Below are positions 8,879 to 17,980 of a DNA stretch of 37,396 bases, one piece after another; the first letter of the stretch is position 1, and each line of letters begins with the position of its first letter. Below the pieces are notes generated by a model that was not told where the DNA came from, ran no database searches, and worked only from the letters and a program-made list of their open reading frames with translations. The position numbers and the translations under genes were made by a program. The stretch is from contig JBOGWM010000038.1 of NCBI GenBank assembly GCA_050693695.1, forward strand, positions 1-37,396. The letters run 5' to 3'. The stretch is from Actinomycetota bacterium (GTDB lineage: Bacteria > Actinomycetota > CADDZG01 > JAHWKV01 > JAOPZY01).

Positions 8879-9727
8879 CTATCCCTTCACCGCCCCGGTC
8901 AGGGCTCCGGGGCGCAGGTATCGTTGCAGGAAATACACCATGAACAGGGTCGGCAGCGTGAGCACCGCCGCTACCGTCGCCATCTGCTGTTTCCCTCCCC
9001 GATCGATGGCCGTGAACACCTGAAGAGGGAGGGTGTTTTGGGTGGTCGTGAGCAGGCGCGCATAGAGGAACTCGTTCCATGAGTACAGCCAGACGAACAG
9101 CGAGGCCGCTGCAATCCCCGGCGCCGCGAGGGGAAAGACCACTCGCAGAAGCGTTCTGAGCTTGGAGGCTCCGTCAATCGAGGCTGCCTCCTCCAGATCC
9201 GCGGGGATCGCCTGGAAGGCTCCCACCAGGATCCACGCGATGAACGGCAGGGAGCCGATCAAATGGGCCGCCACGAGCCCGGCGTAACTATCGACCAACC
9301 CCAGCCGGGCAAAACTCGTGGCCACCGAGATCCCGATGGTGAGTTCCGGGAACATACGGGTCACCAGCAGGCCGATCACGACCGAGTAACGAATCCCCGC
9401 CGGCAGGCGCGAGATGACGTAGGCCGCGGGGGAAGCGATGATGATCGCGGCCACGGTGGTGGCCGTGGCCACCACCAGACTCTTCACGAGCGGGGCGATC
9501 AGCTCCCCCCGGTTGAGAACCTCACGCCAGAAGCTGAGGGTGGGCTGAGACACCAACAGGGCGGGCCGCTCTCCGAACAGTGCACTTGGGGGGGCCACCG
9601 AGACCATGAACACCAGGTAGATGGGAAAGGCGACGACCAGGACCGACCCTATCACCCAGAAGGGAAGGAGGACCCTGAGAGAACCCTCCAGTCGGTCCCG
9701 CCTTCCCCCCTTCGCCCGCCGCCTCAT
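8879..9727 (-). CDS. ABC transporter permease (MalG-like)
   Basis: Six hydrophobic segments and an EAA-type loop (EEAASIDGASKLRTLLRVVFPLAAPG). The start overlaps the upstream permease stop (ATGA). Confidence 0.88.
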   Translation of the reverse strand: MRRRAKGGRRDRLEGSLRVLLPFWVIGSVLVVAFPIYLVFMVSVAPPSALFGERPALLVSQPTLSFWREVLNRGELIAPLVKSLVVATATTVAAIIIASPAAYVISRLPAGIRYSVVIGLLVTRMFPELTIGISVATSFARLGLVDSYAGLVAAHLIGSLPFIAWILVGAFQAIPADLEEAASIDGASKLRTLLRVVFPLAAPGIAAASLFVWLYSWNEFLYARLLTTTQNTLPLQVFTAIDRGGKQQMATVAAVLTLPTLFMVYFLQRYLRPGALTGAVKG

Positions 9728-10668
9728 CCTTGAACCTCTCCTCGGGCGGTCATCAGCCGGAGGTAGGCCACGATGAAGGCCATGATCATGGTGAAGAGCA
9801 CGATCGAGGCCGCCGCGGCCGTGAAGGGGTCGCTGATAGGAGGTCCGTAGCGGCTCCAGATATAAGTGCCGATTACAGGTTCCACCCGTCCGGAAAGGAC
9901 GAGGCTGAGCTCGAAGATACGGAAGGCGTCGATGGCGCGCAGGATAAGCGCGATGGTCACGTAGGGAAGGAGCAGGGGGAGCGTGATCCTGGAGAAGTGC
10001 TGCCAGCGGGTCGCTCCATCTATCTCGGCTGCCTCACGGATATCCTCTGACATCTCCTGCAGGCCGGCGAGAAAGATCAAGCTGACGACGGGCAGTACCT
10101 TCCAGGTGTCCGCGACCGCCACGGTGAGGAGGGTACGCCATCCTCCCGCCACAGTCCATGAGAGAGGCCGGAACTCCCAATCGATCCCCGGCATCTTGTT
10201 CAAAGCCTCGGATAGCGCAAAGAGCAACGAGTTTAGATAGCCGGAGCGGGAGAAGATCAGGATCATGATGGCTCCGGACACGATGGTGGGAATTCCCAGA
10301 GGAACCAGGATCACCGTGCGCGCGAGATCACGCAGTGGGAATCGGGCGTGGAGGGCAAGGGCGATTCCGAGGCCGACCACGAGCTCGAGAGCGAGGGAGA
10401 CGATGGCCACCACGATGGTGTTCTCGACCGCGGAGTGGAATACCGGAGAGTCGAAGAGGTCTCGGAAGTTGGCCAGGGAAGGGAATTCGCCGTGGCCGGG
10501 CTCGGTGAGGGAGACGCCGAAGGTGTGCACGATGGGGGCCAAGGTGAGCAGGAAAAGGTAGGTGATCAAGGGAAGCACCATCAGCATCTCCAACCGGTGG
10601 TGGAAGAGCCACCGCCGGAGGCTCTCCGCCCACAACCCGGATGCCGCCGGCTCTTGCGCCGCGGTCAC
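9724..10668 (-). CDS. ABC transporter permease (MalF-like)
   Basis: GTG start at 10668 with GGAGGG upstream. Multi-pass membrane protein with the loop REAAEIDGATRWQHFSRITLPLLLP. Confidence 0.88.
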   Translation of the reverse strand: MTAAQEPAASGLWAESLRRWLFHHRLEMLMVLPLITYLFLLTLAPIVHTFGVSLTEPGHGEFPSLANFRDLFDSPVFHSAVENTIVVAIVSLALELVVGLGIALALHARFPLRDLARTVILVPLGIPTIVSGAIMILIFSRSGYLNSLLFALSEALNKMPGIDWEFRPLSWTVAGGWRTLLTVAVADTWKVLPVVSLIFLAGLQEMSEDIREAAEIDGATRWQHFSRITLPLLLPYVTIALILRAIDAFRIFELSLVLSGRVEPVIGTYIWSRYGPPISDPFTAAAASIVLFTMIMAFIVAYLRLMTARGEVQG

Positions 10669-10871
10669 GGTCGAGCCCTCCGGCCAGCAACCTCCGGGAG
10701 CCCGCTTCCCAGGCTGCAGCGGGCGTGATTGGTCACGCCGGGGGGGCCACCACCCCGGGCCGAGACCCGGGAATGGCTGCCCGCTTCCAATCGTGAGCGG
10801 TCGCCGCTCGTCTCATGACTCCTTACCCGTCGGATGTCGCTCCCTTCCCGCCCCTGGAAAGGAAAGAACCG

Positions 10872-10907
10872 TTGCGCTTTCACTGGATCCTATGTAGACT
10901 ACTACAC
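10872..10907 (+). promoter_or_regulatory. Candidate padR promoter (TTGCGC-N17-TGTAGACT) overlapping a PadR-type half-palindrome ATGT-N8-ACAC
   Basis: TTGCGC at 10872-10877, a 17-nt spacer, TAGACT at 10895-10900 preceded by TGT. ATGT at 10892-10895 and ACAC at 10904-10907 are 8 nt apart. There is no Shine-Dalgarno before ATG 10909, which fits a leaderless or near-leaderless transcript. Confidence 0.3.
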
Positions 10908-10908
10908 C

Positions 10909-11223
10909 ATGCAGCTCAGCAAGGCAAGCGCCAAGGTGCTAGGAGCATTCCTTGCCGAACCCACCCAGGACCAGTACGGGTTCGGGATCATGCGGGCTAC
11001 GGGAGTGAAGAGTGGCTCGCTCTACCCGATCCTTCAACGCTTTGAACGCCTCGGCTGGATAGAAGGCCACGATGAGGAGATTGACGAGCAGGCCGAGGGG
11101 CGCCCGAAGCGCCGCCTCTACCGGTTGACGCCTGCGGGAGAACGGAAAGCCAGGAAGGCGGTCACCGACTTCTACCATGACCTCCCGGTTCCGGTCTGGC
11201 TGCCCGGCTTCGAGGGGGCCTGA
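10909..11223 (+). CDS. PadR-family transcriptional regulator
   Basis: MQLSKASAKVLGAFLAEPTQDQYGFGIMRATGVKSGSLYPILQRFERLGWIEGHDE...RRLYRLTPAGERKA is a winged-helix PadR signature. I prefer the internal ATG 10909 to the tracked 10834 start. Confidence 0.85.
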   Translation: MQLSKASAKVLGAFLAEPTQDQYGFGIMRATGVKSGSLYPILQRFERLGWIEGHDEEIDEQAEGRPKRRLYRLTPAGERKARKAVTDFYHDLPVPVWLPGFEGA

Positions 11224-11798
11224 TGTCCGCACCGCGCCCGGCCGAAGTGTTCTCGCTTGGGTTGATCGCGCTGGGCGCCAAGAAAGCGCTCGAGCGCATC
11301 GTTGAAATGAACCACACGACCGGGGCCCCCGGGCTGGCTCGGCTGCTGCTCGGGGTAGCCGGTTCCGTGTATCGGCCACAACGCAAGAGGTGGGAAGCCG
11401 ACCTCCAGTACATGCAGCAGACCACGAACGAGTCCGGGCTTCTCCTCGCGGCGTCCTGCCTTCTGAGCTCACCCTGGCTGATCTTTCGCCATGCTCCTCA
11501 CTGGATTTGGGAACACGTCCGGAAAGTGGACCGGGAGTCTCCGCCCGGCCTGCTCATCGGCCTGGCCGTGGGCATTGGCTTTGGCCTGGTTGTCGGTGTC
11601 GTTATGGGCCTCGTGTCCGGTGTGGAGGCTGCACTCGGCGGAAGACTGAACGTCGCCCTGCGGCTCGGGTTGATCGACGTGGTGTGTAGCCTGGGGATCG
11701 GTCTGGCTTATGGCCTGGCTCTCGGTCTGGGAGCCCGGCGGCCCGGAAGGCGGCATGGCCCGAGTCCAAGTCATCCGTACTTCTGGTCGGCGTGGTAA
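11223..11798 (+). CDS. Hypothetical membrane protein co-transcribed with padR
   Basis: The start overlaps the padR stop (TGATG). The C-terminal half has Gly/Leu/Val-rich transmembrane segments (LLIGLAVGIGFGLVVGVVMGLV, VVCSLGIGLAYGLALGLG). Confidence 0.6.
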   Translation: MSAPRPAEVFSLGLIALGAKKALERIVEMNHTTGAPGLARLLLGVAGSVYRPQRKRWEADLQYMQQTTNESGLLLAASCLLSSPWLIFRHAPHWIWEHVRKVDRESPPGLLIGLAVGIGFGLVVGVVMGLVSGVEAALGGRLNVALRLGLIDVVCSLGIGLAYGLALGLGARRPGRRHGPSPSHPYFWSAW

Positions 11799-11853
11799 GT
11801 GAGAGAGTTGGCCTCCGGCGCCATAGTCGGTCCATAATTCTTCTCTTCTCAAT

Positions 11854-12615
11854 TCAGACCCGGATGGGGATGCCTCGTGCGGCGAGGTGGTCTTTGACCT
11901 CCCGGACCCGGAGCTGGCCGAAGTGAAAGAGGGAGGCGGCCAGCACCGCATCGGCGTGCCCGGTGAGGATGGCGTCGGCGAAGTGCTCCGGCGCTCCGGC
12001 GCCCCCCGAGGCGATGACCGGGATGTTGACCGTATCGCTCACCGATCGGAGCAGGTCCAGGTCATAGCCATCCCGGGTCCCGTCCCGGTCCATGGAAGTG
12101 AGCAGGATCTCACCCGCCCCGAGCTCTTCGGCCCTCGCCGCCCACTCCAGCGCGTCGATGCCGCTGCGGCGACGGCCCCCGTGGGTGTAGACCTCCCAGC
12201 CCCCTCCCTCGGGACGGCGGCGGGCGTCGATGGCCACCACCATGCACTGGCAGCCGAACTGGTCCGCCCCCTCCGAGACGAGCCGGGGCCGTTGGATGGC
12301 GGCGGTGTTGACCGAGACCTTGTCCGCCCCGGCCCTCAGCAGCGCTCGGACGCCGTCGATGTCCCGGGCCCCCCCGCCCACCGTGAAGGGGATGAAGACC
12401 TGCTCGGCGGTCCGCCGGGCGACGTCCAGCATGGTCTGTCGTCCCTCATGCGAAGCGGTGATGTCCAAGAAGACCACCTCGTCGGCCGCCTCCGCGTCGT
12501 ACCGGGCCGCCAGCTCCACCGGGTCCCCGGCATCCACCAGGTCGACGAAGCGTACCCCCTTCACCACCCGTCCGGCGTGAACGTCGAGGCAGGGGATGAC
12601 TCGCTTGGCCAGCAC
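11854..12615 (-). CDS. hisF: Imidazole glycerol phosphate synthase, cyclase subunit
   Basis: [36 protein letters not shown]...[11 protein letters not shown]...TVGGG...[11 protein letters not shown]...[18 protein letters not shown]...PVIASGGAG. Confidence 0.93.
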   Translation of the reverse strand: MLAKRVIPCLDVHAGRVVKGVRFVDLVDAGDPVELAARYDAEAADEVVFLDITASHEGRQTMLDVARRTAEQVFIPFTVGGGARDIDGVRALLRAGADKVSVNTAAIQRPRLVSEGADQFGCQCMVVAIDARRRPEGGGWEVYTHGGRRRSGIDALEWAARAEELGAGEILLTSMDRDGTRDGYDLDLLRSVSDTVNIPVIASGGAGAPEHFADAILTGHADAVLAASLFHFGQLRVREVKDHLAARGIPIRV

Positions 12616-12621
12616 GCTCCC

Positions 12622-13371
12622 TTAGCCTCTCGTCACCGGGGCCGCCGTCAGTTGCAGGGCCTTCTCCAGGCCCAGGGCCCCCGAGTACAGCGCCTTGCCC
12701 ACCACCGCTCCCTCCAGACGCAGCGGCGCGAGCCGCGCCAGGGCCGATAGATCTTCGAGGCTTCCCACTCCACCCGAAGCGATCACGGGGATCCGGAGGG
12801 CCTCCAGCACCTCTCGGATAGCCTCGAGGTTGGGACCGAGCAACGTCCCGTCTCGCTCGATGTCGGTGAACAGGACCCGGGCGACGCCGCCGTCCGCGAG
12901 GCGCCCGAGCACCTCCAGGGTTCCCTCCCCCGAAGAGCGCCGCCACCCCGCCACCTGGACCTTCCCCGACCGGGCGTCCACCGCAGGCAGGATGGCGTCC
13001 CCGAACCGCGCGAGGGCGCTGGCCAGGAAGTCCGCGTCCAGGGCTCGGGTGCCGAGGCAGACCCGGGCGGCTCCCCGGTCCAGCCAGCCTGCGATCGCTT
13101 CTTGAGACCGGATGCCCCCGGCGACCTGGACGGGGATCTGTACCTCCTGAAGGATGCGGGCGATGACCGGGGCGTTGCGCGCCTCCCCCCGCGTGGCGGC
13201 GTCGAGGTCCACCACGTGGAGCCAGCGTGCCCCTCGCTCCTGCCAGCCTCGGGCCACGGCCACCGGGTCCTTCCCGTAGACCGTGGCCCGGTCCATCTCC
13301 CCCCGAGTGAGCCGGACGACGCGACCGTCCGAGAGATCGATCGCGACGTAGACGATGAACGGCGGGCTCAC
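12622..13371 (-). CDS. hisA: ProFAR isomerase (HisA; may be the bifunctional PriA type found in actinobacteria)
   Basis: VYVAIDLSDGRVVRLTRG...WLHVVDLDAA...VQVAGGIRS...VDARSGKVQVAGW...VLFTDIERDGTLLGPN...VIASGGVGSLEDL. GTG at 13371 overlaps the hisH stop (GTGA). The tracked ORF extends further upstream as junk. Confidence 0.9.
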   Translation of the reverse strand: MSPPFIVYVAIDLSDGRVVRLTRGEMDRATVYGKDPVAVARGWQERGARWLHVVDLDAATRGEARNAPVIARILQEVQIPVQVAGGIRSQEAIAGWLDRGAARVCLGTRALDADFLASALARFGDAILPAVDARSGKVQVAGWRRSSGEGTLEVLGRLADGGVARVLFTDIERDGTLLGPNLEAIREVLEALRIPVIASGGVGSLEDLSALARLAPLRLEGAVVGKALYSGALGLEKALQLTAAPVTRG

Positions 13372-14009
13372 CGAGAAGGCTCGCCCACGGCGGGGTTCAC
13401 GACCTCCTGCACCATCGCGCCGAGGAGGGCCAGGCCATCCGCGCTGCTCTTCTCCGGGTGAAACTGGACCCCGATGATCCTGCCGAGGCGGATGGCACAG
13501 ACGAAACCCTCTCCGTAGGCGGTACGGGCCACGTAGTCCCATCGAGCCGGCACGCAGGCATACGAGTGGACGAAGTAGAAACGCCGGCCATCGAAGGGCG
13601 CGAAGATCCCGGAGGCGCCCTCGAGGGTGTTCCAACCCATGTGGGGAACCTTCACCGCCCCCCGGATTCTCACCACCTCGCCGGGAAGCACTCCCAGCCC
13701 GTCCGCATCTCCTTCCTCGGAGCGCTCGAAGAGAAGTTGCATCCCGAGGCAGATGCCGAGCAGCGGCCGGCCGGCTTCGGCCCAGTGGCGCACGAAGGAG
13801 TCGAGCCCCAGACACCGAAGATTCGCCATGCCGGCGGCGAAGTTGCCCACCCCCGGCAGGACGAGGAGCTCGGTCTCATCCAGCAATGAGGGCTCCGTGC
13901 TCGGTACCGTCCGGACCCCGATCCGCTCCAGCGCCTTGGAGACGCTGGCAAGGTTGCTCATGCGGTAATCCACGATGCCCGCACTGAGCGGGGGGTGAGC
14001 GCCCGTCAC
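13368..14009 (-). CDS. hisH: Imidazole glycerol phosphate synthase, glutamine amidotransferase subunit
   Basis: IVDYRMSNLASVSKALERIG...LVLPGVGNFAAGM...PLLGICLGMQLLFERSEE...VPHMGWN...FYFVHSY...GVQFHPEKS. The GTG start overlaps the hisB stop. Confidence 0.9.
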   Translation of the reverse strand: MTGAHPPLSAGIVDYRMSNLASVSKALERIGVRTVPSTEPSLLDETELLVLPGVGNFAAGMANLRCLGLDSFVRHWAEAGRPLLGICLGMQLLFERSEEGDADGLGVLPGEVVRIRGAVKVPHMGWNTLEGASGIFAPFDGRRFYFVHSYACVPARWDYVARTAYGEGFVCAIRLGRIIGVQFHPEKSSADGLALLGAMVQEVVNPAVGEPSR

Positions 14010-14653
14010 AGCACTCCCTTGGTGGAGGGGATCTCACCGAAGCGGCGGGGATCCGGCGCGGTCGCCTCCGCCAGCGCCCGGGCGACCGCCTTGAAGACCG
14101 CTTCCACGATGTGGTGAGGGTTCTTCCCCGAGATCAGCCTGACGTGCATGGTGATCCCTCCGGTGCGGGTGAGGGCGGTGAAGAACTCCGCGGTGAGATC
14201 CGTGTCGTAGTTGCCGATCTGGGTGGCCGTTACCGGGACGTGGAAGTCCAGGTAGGGCCGCCCCGAAAGATCCAACGCCACCCGCACCAGCGCCTCTTCC
14301 ATCGGGACGTGAGTGTCGCCGTAGCGGCGCAGCCCTCTCTTGTCGCCGAGCGCCTGAGATAGCGCCGCGCCGAGGGCCAGGCCCACGTCCTCGACCGTGT
14401 GATGAGAGTCCACGTGCAGGTCGCCCCTCGCCTCCACCTCAAGGTCGAAGCCGGAGTGGCGGCCGAGCTGATCGAGCATATGATCGAAGAAGCCCACGCC
14501 GGTGGCGCAGCGCACCTCTCCCCGGCCGTCCAGGTCCACCGAGACGTTGACCGAGGTCTCGGAGGTGATTCGCTCCACCTGCCCGGTTCGTGATCGAGGA
14601 CGGCTCGACAGGCTCAACCCGTCGCTCAGCGGCTCGGGGTCCATGCCGCTCAT
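14006..14653 (-). CDS. hisB: Imidazoleglycerol-phosphate dehydratase
   Basis: RTGQVERITSETSVNVSVDLDGRG...TGVGFFDHMLDQL..HSGFDLEVEARGDLHVDSHHTVEDVGLALG...MEEALVRVALDLSGRPY...NPHHIVEAVFKAVARAL. Confidence 0.92.
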   Translation of the reverse strand: MSGMDPEPLSDGLSLSSRPRSRTGQVERITSETSVNVSVDLDGRGEVRCATGVGFFDHMLDQLGRHSGFDLEVEARGDLHVDSHHTVEDVGLALGAALSQALGDKRGLRRYGDTHVPMEEALVRVALDLSGRPYLDFHVPVTATQIGNYDTDLTAEFFTALTRTGGITMHVRLISGKNPHHIVEAVFKAVARALAEATAPDPRRFGEIPSTKGVL

Positions 14654-15738
14654 TCTCTCAACGACTCGTGCAGGGCGTCGAGGAAGCGCTCGTCCTGCTC
14701 TTGGGTCCCCACCGAGACCCTCAAACAGCCCTCGCAGCCCGGAAGATCGGAGAAGTCTCGAATGAGCACCCCGCGGTCCAAAAGACCCTGCCAGACTTCC
14801 CGGGCGGGGCGCGCCTCACACCGAAAGAGGATGAAGTTCGCCCGGCTGGGAAAGGCCCGGATCCCGCGCAGGGTGGAAAGCTCTTCCCACAACCGATCTC
14901 GCTCGTGGCGGATGGTCTCCACGGTGGCGGTCAGCTCCCTTGCATGGGCAAGCGCCGCGAGCCCCGCCGCCTGGGTGAGGCTCGAGAGGTGGTACGGAAG
15001 GCGCACCTTCATCAGCTCCTCGATGATCCAGGGTTGCGCGATCAGGTATCCGAGGCGAGCGCCGGCGAGCCGCCACGCTTTCGAGAAGGTACGCACGCAG
15101 GCGAGATGGTCGTACTCCTCGATCAGTCGCGCACAGCTCTCTCCGGCGAACTCGGCGTAGGCCTCATCGACGATCACCAGCCCGGGAGCGGCGACACAGA
15201 ACGCCGCCACCTCCTCCAGGGTATTGGCCCCTCCCGTCGGGTTGTTGGGCGAGCAGATGAAGACGATATCGGGGCGCTGGGCCCGGATGGCCTCCACCGA
15301 CGCTTCCATGTGCAAGGTGAAGTCGGGGTTGCGCCGGGCCCGCACCAGGCGCGTGGCCGAGACCCGGGTGATATGGGAATGCAGCATGTAGGTGGGCTCG
15401 AAGGTCATCGCCCGGCGCTCGGGGCCTCCGAAGGAGAGCAGGAGCTGGAGGAGGATCTCGTTCGAACCGTTGCCCAGCCAAACCCGATCGGTGAGCGTCC
15501 CGGCGTGGGCCGCCAGGTCCTCTCGCAGCTCCGGGAAGTCCCGGGGTGGATACCGGTTGAGGCTGATAGCGCGGATTCGGTTGACCAGGTCGTCCATGAA
15601 GGTCGGGGGAGGCTCGTAGGGGCTCTCATTGGTGTTCAGCCGCACCGGGGCTTCAATCTGAGGCGCCCGGTAGGGGCGAAGATCGGCCAGGTCGAACCGG
15701 CCGGTCATGCGTTCCCGGACCTCCGATTCGCCCATCAT
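14650..15738 (-). CDS. hisC: Histidinol-phosphate aminotransferase
   Basis: Within ORF 14650..16599. The start ATG 15738 (MMGESEV...) overlaps the hisD stop (ATGA). Motifs: RLNTNESPY, NRYP, GNGSNEIL, SPNNPTG, VIVDEAYAEF, RTFSKAWRLAGARLGY. Confidence 0.92.
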   Translation of the reverse strand: MMGESEVRERMTGRFDLADLRPYRAPQIEAPVRLNTNESPYEPPPTFMDDLVNRIRAISLNRYPPRDFPELREDLAAHAGTLTDRVWLGNGSNEILLQLLLSFGGPERRAMTFEPTYMLHSHITRVSATRLVRARRNPDFTLHMEASVEAIRAQRPDIVFICSPNNPTGGANTLEEVAAFCVAAPGLVIVDEAYAEFAGESCARLIEEYDHLACVRTFSKAWRLAGARLGYLIAQPWIIEELMKVRLPYHLSSLTQAAGLAALAHARELTATVETIRHERDRLWEELSTLRGIRAFPSRANFILFRCEARPAREVWQGLLDRGVLIRDFSDLPGCEGCLRVSVGTQEQDERFLDALHESLRE

Positions 15739-17000
15739 CGCTGGAAGCGGGCCTCCACCGCCCGGGCGTGATTGGGCAGCCCCTCCGCCTCGGCGAGGAC
15801 CTTGAGGAAGGGGACGGCGCGCTCGAGCGAGTCCCGGTCGTAGACGACCAGCCCGCTGGTCTTCTGAAAATGGGAGGTACGCAAGCCGGAGGCGAATCGG
15901 GCCGCTCCCCCGGTCGGCAAGACGTGGTTCGTCCCCGCCAGATAGTCCCCCAGCGAGACCGGCGAATACGGTCCGACGAAGACCGCTCCGGCGTGGCGGA
16001 TCCCCTCCAGAGCCGCCTCGGCCCCTTCGAAGAGAAGCTCCAGGTGCTCGGGCGCGAATCGGTTGACCGCTTCTATGGCCTGGTCGATCCCGGACACCAG
16101 GATCGCGCAGCAACCCTCTTGCACCGCCGCTCTCAGGTCGCCGGACGCCTCCACGTCCGCCAGGATCCGATCCATGGCTTTCTCCACCTCCCCGATCAGC
16201 TCCTCCTCCCAGGTGACCAGGAGGAACGAGCCGTGGGGGCCGTGCTCGGCCTGGCTGATCAGATCGGCGGCGACGACCCGAGGGTCCGACTCCTCTCCCG
16301 CCACGATCGCGATCTCGCTCGGTCCCGCCACCGAGTCGATCGCCACCATGCCGGCCACTTCCCTCTTGGCCAGCGCCACGTAGAGGTTCCCCGGTCCCAC
16401 GATCACCTCCACCCTGGGGATCGACTCGGCGCCGAAGGCCATGGCGGCGATCGCCTGCGCCCCGCCCACCCGATAGACCTCTCGCACTCCAGCCAGGTGC
16501 GCAGCCGCGAGCGTGGGCCGGGGGACCCTGCCATCCTCTCCCGGAGGGGTGCAGAGCGCAACCTCCGGCACTCCCGCCACCGCCGCCGGGATGGCGCACA
16601 TCAAGACTGAAGAGGGATAGGCGGCCCTCCCCCCCGGGACGTAGAGACCGGCTCGATCGACCGGGCGGACGAGCTCTCCGATCACCCCGCCCCCGACCTC
16701 CGCTCGCCAGGACTGAAGGCGCTGGCGCTCGGCAAAGGCCCGGATTCTCGTCGCGGCCTCCCCCAGCGCCGCCATGAAGGGGGCCGGGGCGGCGGCGGCG
16801 GCCTCCTCGATCTCCTCCGGTGGTACCCGGAACTCGGTCACCCAGACCCCATCGAAGCGATCGGTCAGCTCCCTGATTACGCGGTCGCCTCCCGCCCGCA
16901 CCACGGCGAGAATCTCGCGCACCATCTCCAGGGGCTCTTCGCCGCCCCGGGGCCGTGCAACGGGCAGGTCCGGTTCCCTGCGAAGGTCGAAGGTCCTCAT
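15735..17000 (-). CDS. hisD: Histidinol dehydrogenase
   Basis: 421 aa with GLYVPGGRAAYPSSVLM, GGAQAIAAMAFG, GPGNLYVALAKREV, AGPSEIAIVA, SQAEHGP, APEHLEL, GDYLAGTNHVLPT. Confidence 0.93.
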   Translation of the reverse strand: MRTFDLRREPDLPVARPRGGEEPLEMVREILAVVRAGGDRVIRELTDRFDGVWVTEFRVPPEEIEEAAAAAPAPFMAALGEAATRIRAFAERQRLQSWRAEVGGGVIGELVRPVDRAGLYVPGGRAAYPSSVLMCAIPAAVAGVPEVALCTPPGEDGRVPRPTLAAAHLAGVREVYRVGGAQAIAAMAFGAESIPRVEVIVGPGNLYVALAKREVAGMVAIDSVAGPSEIAIVAGEESDPRVVAADLISQAEHGPHGSFLLVTWEEELIGEVEKAMDRILADVEASGDLRAAVQEGCCAILVSGIDQAIEAVNRFAPEHLELLFEGAEAALEGIRHAGAVFVGPYSPVSLGDYLAGTNHVLPTGGAARFASGLRTSHFQKTSGLVVYDRDSLERAVPFLKVLAEAEGLPNHARAVEARFQR

Positions 17001-17084
17001 GGGTCTAAGAGTGTAGCGGGCGCCGGGGACAAAACCGGGCGGCGGCGCAGCGGCCGAGCGAACGGCGCCCGCGATCCGGCCGGG

Positions 17085-17339
17085 CTACCCGCCGGCGAGG
17101 GTGGGGATGCCCGGCTCGAAATCGCCCCCGCAGTTCCGGCACACCACGGATCCGAGCATCACGGACAGCCGGGTGCTCGTGCAGCGCGGGCACCGGTCCG
17201 CCCGCTCCAGCCAGCCCGGCTGGCGGGTCTGGCATTCGGGACAGACGAGGGACTGCTGGCCGCCGATCACCAGGCAAGCCCAGGGCGAGGGACCCCTGAC
17301 CGGATCGGTCTGACGCCTTCCACAGGCGGTGCAGGGCAA
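17085..17339 (-). CDS. Small double zinc-ribbon protein (hypothetical)
   Basis: 84 aa with four CxxC pairs (CTAC, CPEC, CPRC, CRNC). TTG start with GAGAGGA upstream, 10 nt after the stop of the preceding membrane-protein gene. Confidence 0.5.
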   Translation of the reverse strand: MPCTACGRRQTDPVRGPSPWACLVIGGQQSLVCPECQTRQPGWLERADRCPRCTSTRLSVMLGSVVCRNCGGDFEPGIPTLAGG

Positions 17340-17349
17340 CGTTGTCCTC

Positions 17350-17820
17350 TCAAGCGGCGTGCAGCCGGGCGAGGCCGGTGGCCAGCCCGAGAGCGGTGAA
17401 GCCCGTTAGCTCGTACGCCCAGTAGACCCCGAGATGATGGTCGGTCACCGCGCATGCCACCGCCACCCCCATGCCGAGGACGGAGGCCACTCCGGATGCG
17501 CCGAAGCTCCAGCGCCGGCGCCAGATGAGCCCGACGACGGCCCCCATGAGCGCGAGGTTAAAGGCGAGCATGAGCAGCTCAGCCCACCGGCCGACGGAGG
17601 CGGTCGGGTTGGTTGCGGGCTCCAGGACGTAGATCGCTCCCATGACCGCGATCCAGGCCCCCGCCAGGGCGGGGGCCGGCCACCCGGGCACCCTCGGGAC
17701 GGATGCGGGGGTGGGGTGTTGACCCAAACCACCCCGGGAGGCATGGTCGTCGAACGTTTCCCGAGAGCGCTGCCTGACGATTGGCACGGGCCACCTCCTG
17801 GTCGATTCGGCTCCCATCAC
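17350..17820 (-). CDS. Hypothetical integral membrane protein (about 4 TM segments)
   Basis: Hydrophobic segments AGAWIAVMGAIYVL, LLMLAFNLALMGAVVGLIW, GVASVLGMGVAVACAV and FTALGLATGLA. The start is uncertain. No family recognised. Confidence 0.5.
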   Translation of the reverse strand: MMGAESTRRWPVPIVRQRSRETFDDHASRGGLGQHPTPASVPRVPGWPAPALAGAWIAVMGAIYVLEPATNPTASVGRWAELLMLAFNLALMGAVVGLIWRRRWSFGASGVASVLGMGVAVACAVTDHHLGVYWAYELTGFTALGLATGLARLHAA

Positions 17821-17980
17821 GATACCAACAACCCGGCTGGCCTCGTGTGAGACCGCCGGTGGCGCCTCGGCTCTTCCCTCCTAGCAAGAAAAGGGTTAAT
17901 GAGAAATGGAGCAGCCGTGACGAGTGAACTGGTAGATCGCAAGCGAGCCCACCTGTTCAACTTGCCGGACCTCGACGACA

